The notes under the pieces: generated by a model
What the model saw: the letters and a program-made list of their open reading frames with translations, nothing else
Database searches by the model: none
What the model was told of the DNA's origin: nothing
Part shown: positions 63,022-64,000 of the stretch, in pieces
Position numbering within the stretch: position 1 is the stretch's first letter
Layout: each line of letters starts with the position of its first letter
Translations under genes and position numbers: made by a program
Assembly (NCBI GenBank): GCA_963802505.1
Contig: CAWDJB010000003.1
Location: forward strand, 413,938 to 477,937
Direction of reading: 5' to 3'
Origin: an uncultured Acidimicrobiales bacterium
GTDB lineage: Bacteria; Actinomycetota; Acidimicrobiia; Acidimicrobiales; DATKAS01
Length of the DNA stretch: 64,000 nucleotides

Positions 63022-64000
63022 TCACGTCGGTGTCGCGAAGAGGATCGTGAGTACGCGGTCCGCGGCCCACTCCCCGGTCTCCTTGGTGAAGTGCATTCCG
63101 TCGGGCCGCACCCACATCCCGTCTACCTCGGTCGGGCATGGCGGACCGGCGTGACAGACGATGTTGGCGAAGTCGATCAGCTGCACTCGGTCGGCATTCG
63201 CGAAGGCGAACTCGACGATGATCGAGTTGAGATGCTCGATGGCCGCGCGCCCCTCCGGCACCGGTCGTCCGTCCATCCGGTCTCCTCGTGGAGGAAGGGT
63301 GAGCATCACGAGGCGCGCGCCGCCGGCGGTGACGCGGTCGAGTGTCTCCCTCATGCCTCGGAGAATCGCGGCGTCGGCTTCGGGCGTGCCGAAGTGCACC
63401 CGCGTTCCTGCGACGAGTCGATCGCTCGTCTCCCACGAGCTCAACCAGAGGACGACGTCGGGTCGGAGCTGGCTGATCAGCTGCTGTTGGATCTCCGGCA
63501 CCGCGGTGACGCAGTCGTCGGACCACGAGAAGGCGTTGCCCTGGTCGTCGAGTGAGAACGCGTCGGTCGCGCCACAGCCCGGGATCGCCGCGCCCGCGAC
63601 GGCGGCGCCTCGGCGCGCCGCCGCGGCTTCGAGTCCCGGAATGAGGCTGGCAGCGACCGAGTCTCCGACGATGCCGATCACTTGGGGAGGTGGAGGAAGT
63701 TCCGATGAAGTGGGTGATCGGTCGACGCGGCTCGTCGCTGTGCTCGAGATCGGGCTCGACGGCGCGACGGTCGACAACGTGACCGACGCGGCGCTGACGG
63801 GTGTGGCGAAGGCGAGGACCGGCGACGTCGCAGCGGTCGCCATCACGAGGGCCGCGGCGAGACTCCCCGCGATCGCGGCGGCGCTCGGGAGTGCGATCGC
63901 GGCCCGGAGCGTCTTGCCTCGTCTGATCGGCAGCTCGACCGCGTAGTAGGAGGCGGTCGCGCACGCGACGGTGACGGCGATGCGGGTCGCGTCGAGCTCT
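63022..64000 (-). CDS. Acyltransferase-3 (OafA/YrhL-like) membrane protein with C-terminal SGNH hydrolase domain; 5' end outside window
   Basis: The frame stays open to the window edge (…ASYYAVELPIRRGKTLRAAIALPSAAAIAG…). The C-terminus has GIVGDSVAASL and further SGNH blocks. Confidence 0.7.
   Translation of the reverse strand, partial: ELDATRIAVTVACATASYYAVELPIRRGKTLRAAIALPSAAAIAGSLAAALVMATAATSPVLAFATPVSAASVTLSTVAPSSPISSTATSRVDRSPTSSELPPPPQVIGIVGDSVAASLIPGLEAAAARRGAAVAGAAIPGCGATDAFSLDDQGNAFSWSDDCVTAVPEIQQQLISQLRPDVVLWLSSWETSDRLVAGTRVHFGTPEADAAILRGMRETLDRVTAGGARLVMLTLPPRGDRMDGRPVPEGRAAIEHLNSIIVEFAFANADRVQLIDFANIVCHAGPPCPTEVDGMWVRPDGMHFTKETGEWAADRVLTILFATPT

Overview
High-G+C chromosomal segment (roughly two-thirds G+C by eye, not computed) with actinobacterial-type gene order, almost entirely coding. 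It has two layers. (1) A conserved housekeeping and SOS backbone: rimO-pgsA-cinA-thpR-ybaK at 6.3-10.3 kb. At 45.9-62.3 kb it continues with recA, a SpoVS-like gene, miaB-miaA-dapF-hflX-dapC, a CAP-domain lipoprotein, dapD-dapE, a cyclase/STAND-ATPase/TPR protein, an esterase lipoprotein, a peroxiredoxin, lexA, a LysM gene and nrdR. (2) A very dense aromatic-ring catabolic complement at 0.2-6.3 kb and 10.3-45.6 kb. It holds six canonical Rieske oxygenase alpha subunits of two sequence types, a seventh Rieske-oxygenase-like protein that has lost the catalytic His ligands, five beta subunits and one Rieske ferredoxin (no reductase seen). It also holds four meta-cleavage-product-type alpha/beta hydrolases, one extradiol dioxygenase, a BphB-like diol dehydrogenase, a full hydratase/aldolase/acetaldehyde-dehydrogenase lower pathway and three aldo/keto reductases. 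An orphan TPP-dependent E1 alpha/beta pair, a Liv-type ABC importer, MFS and ABC-2 transporters and TetR/IclR regulators complete it. The 35-kb block lies between ybaK and recA and starts with a DUF222/HNH (REP13E12-like) gene. It is bracketed by a perfect 20-nt inverted repeat that reads as a TGTCACAC-N8-TAnnnT promoter-like element shared by the HNH gene and recA. LexA boxes of the CGAAC-N4-GTTCG type are visible at recA, at lexA and in triplicate at the LysM gene. Five single-nucleotide frame disruptions occur (rimO, MFS, one AKR, alpha-5, a small membrane ORF), mostly in G/C runs, plus one apparent stop-codon loss in the aldolase. Assembly error and real gene decay cannot be separated from the sequence alone. 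No rRNA, tRNA, CRISPR array, transposase or integrase was recognised. All functional calls rest on by-eye motif and family recognition of the supplied translations; no database search, alignment statistic or folding calculation was run.
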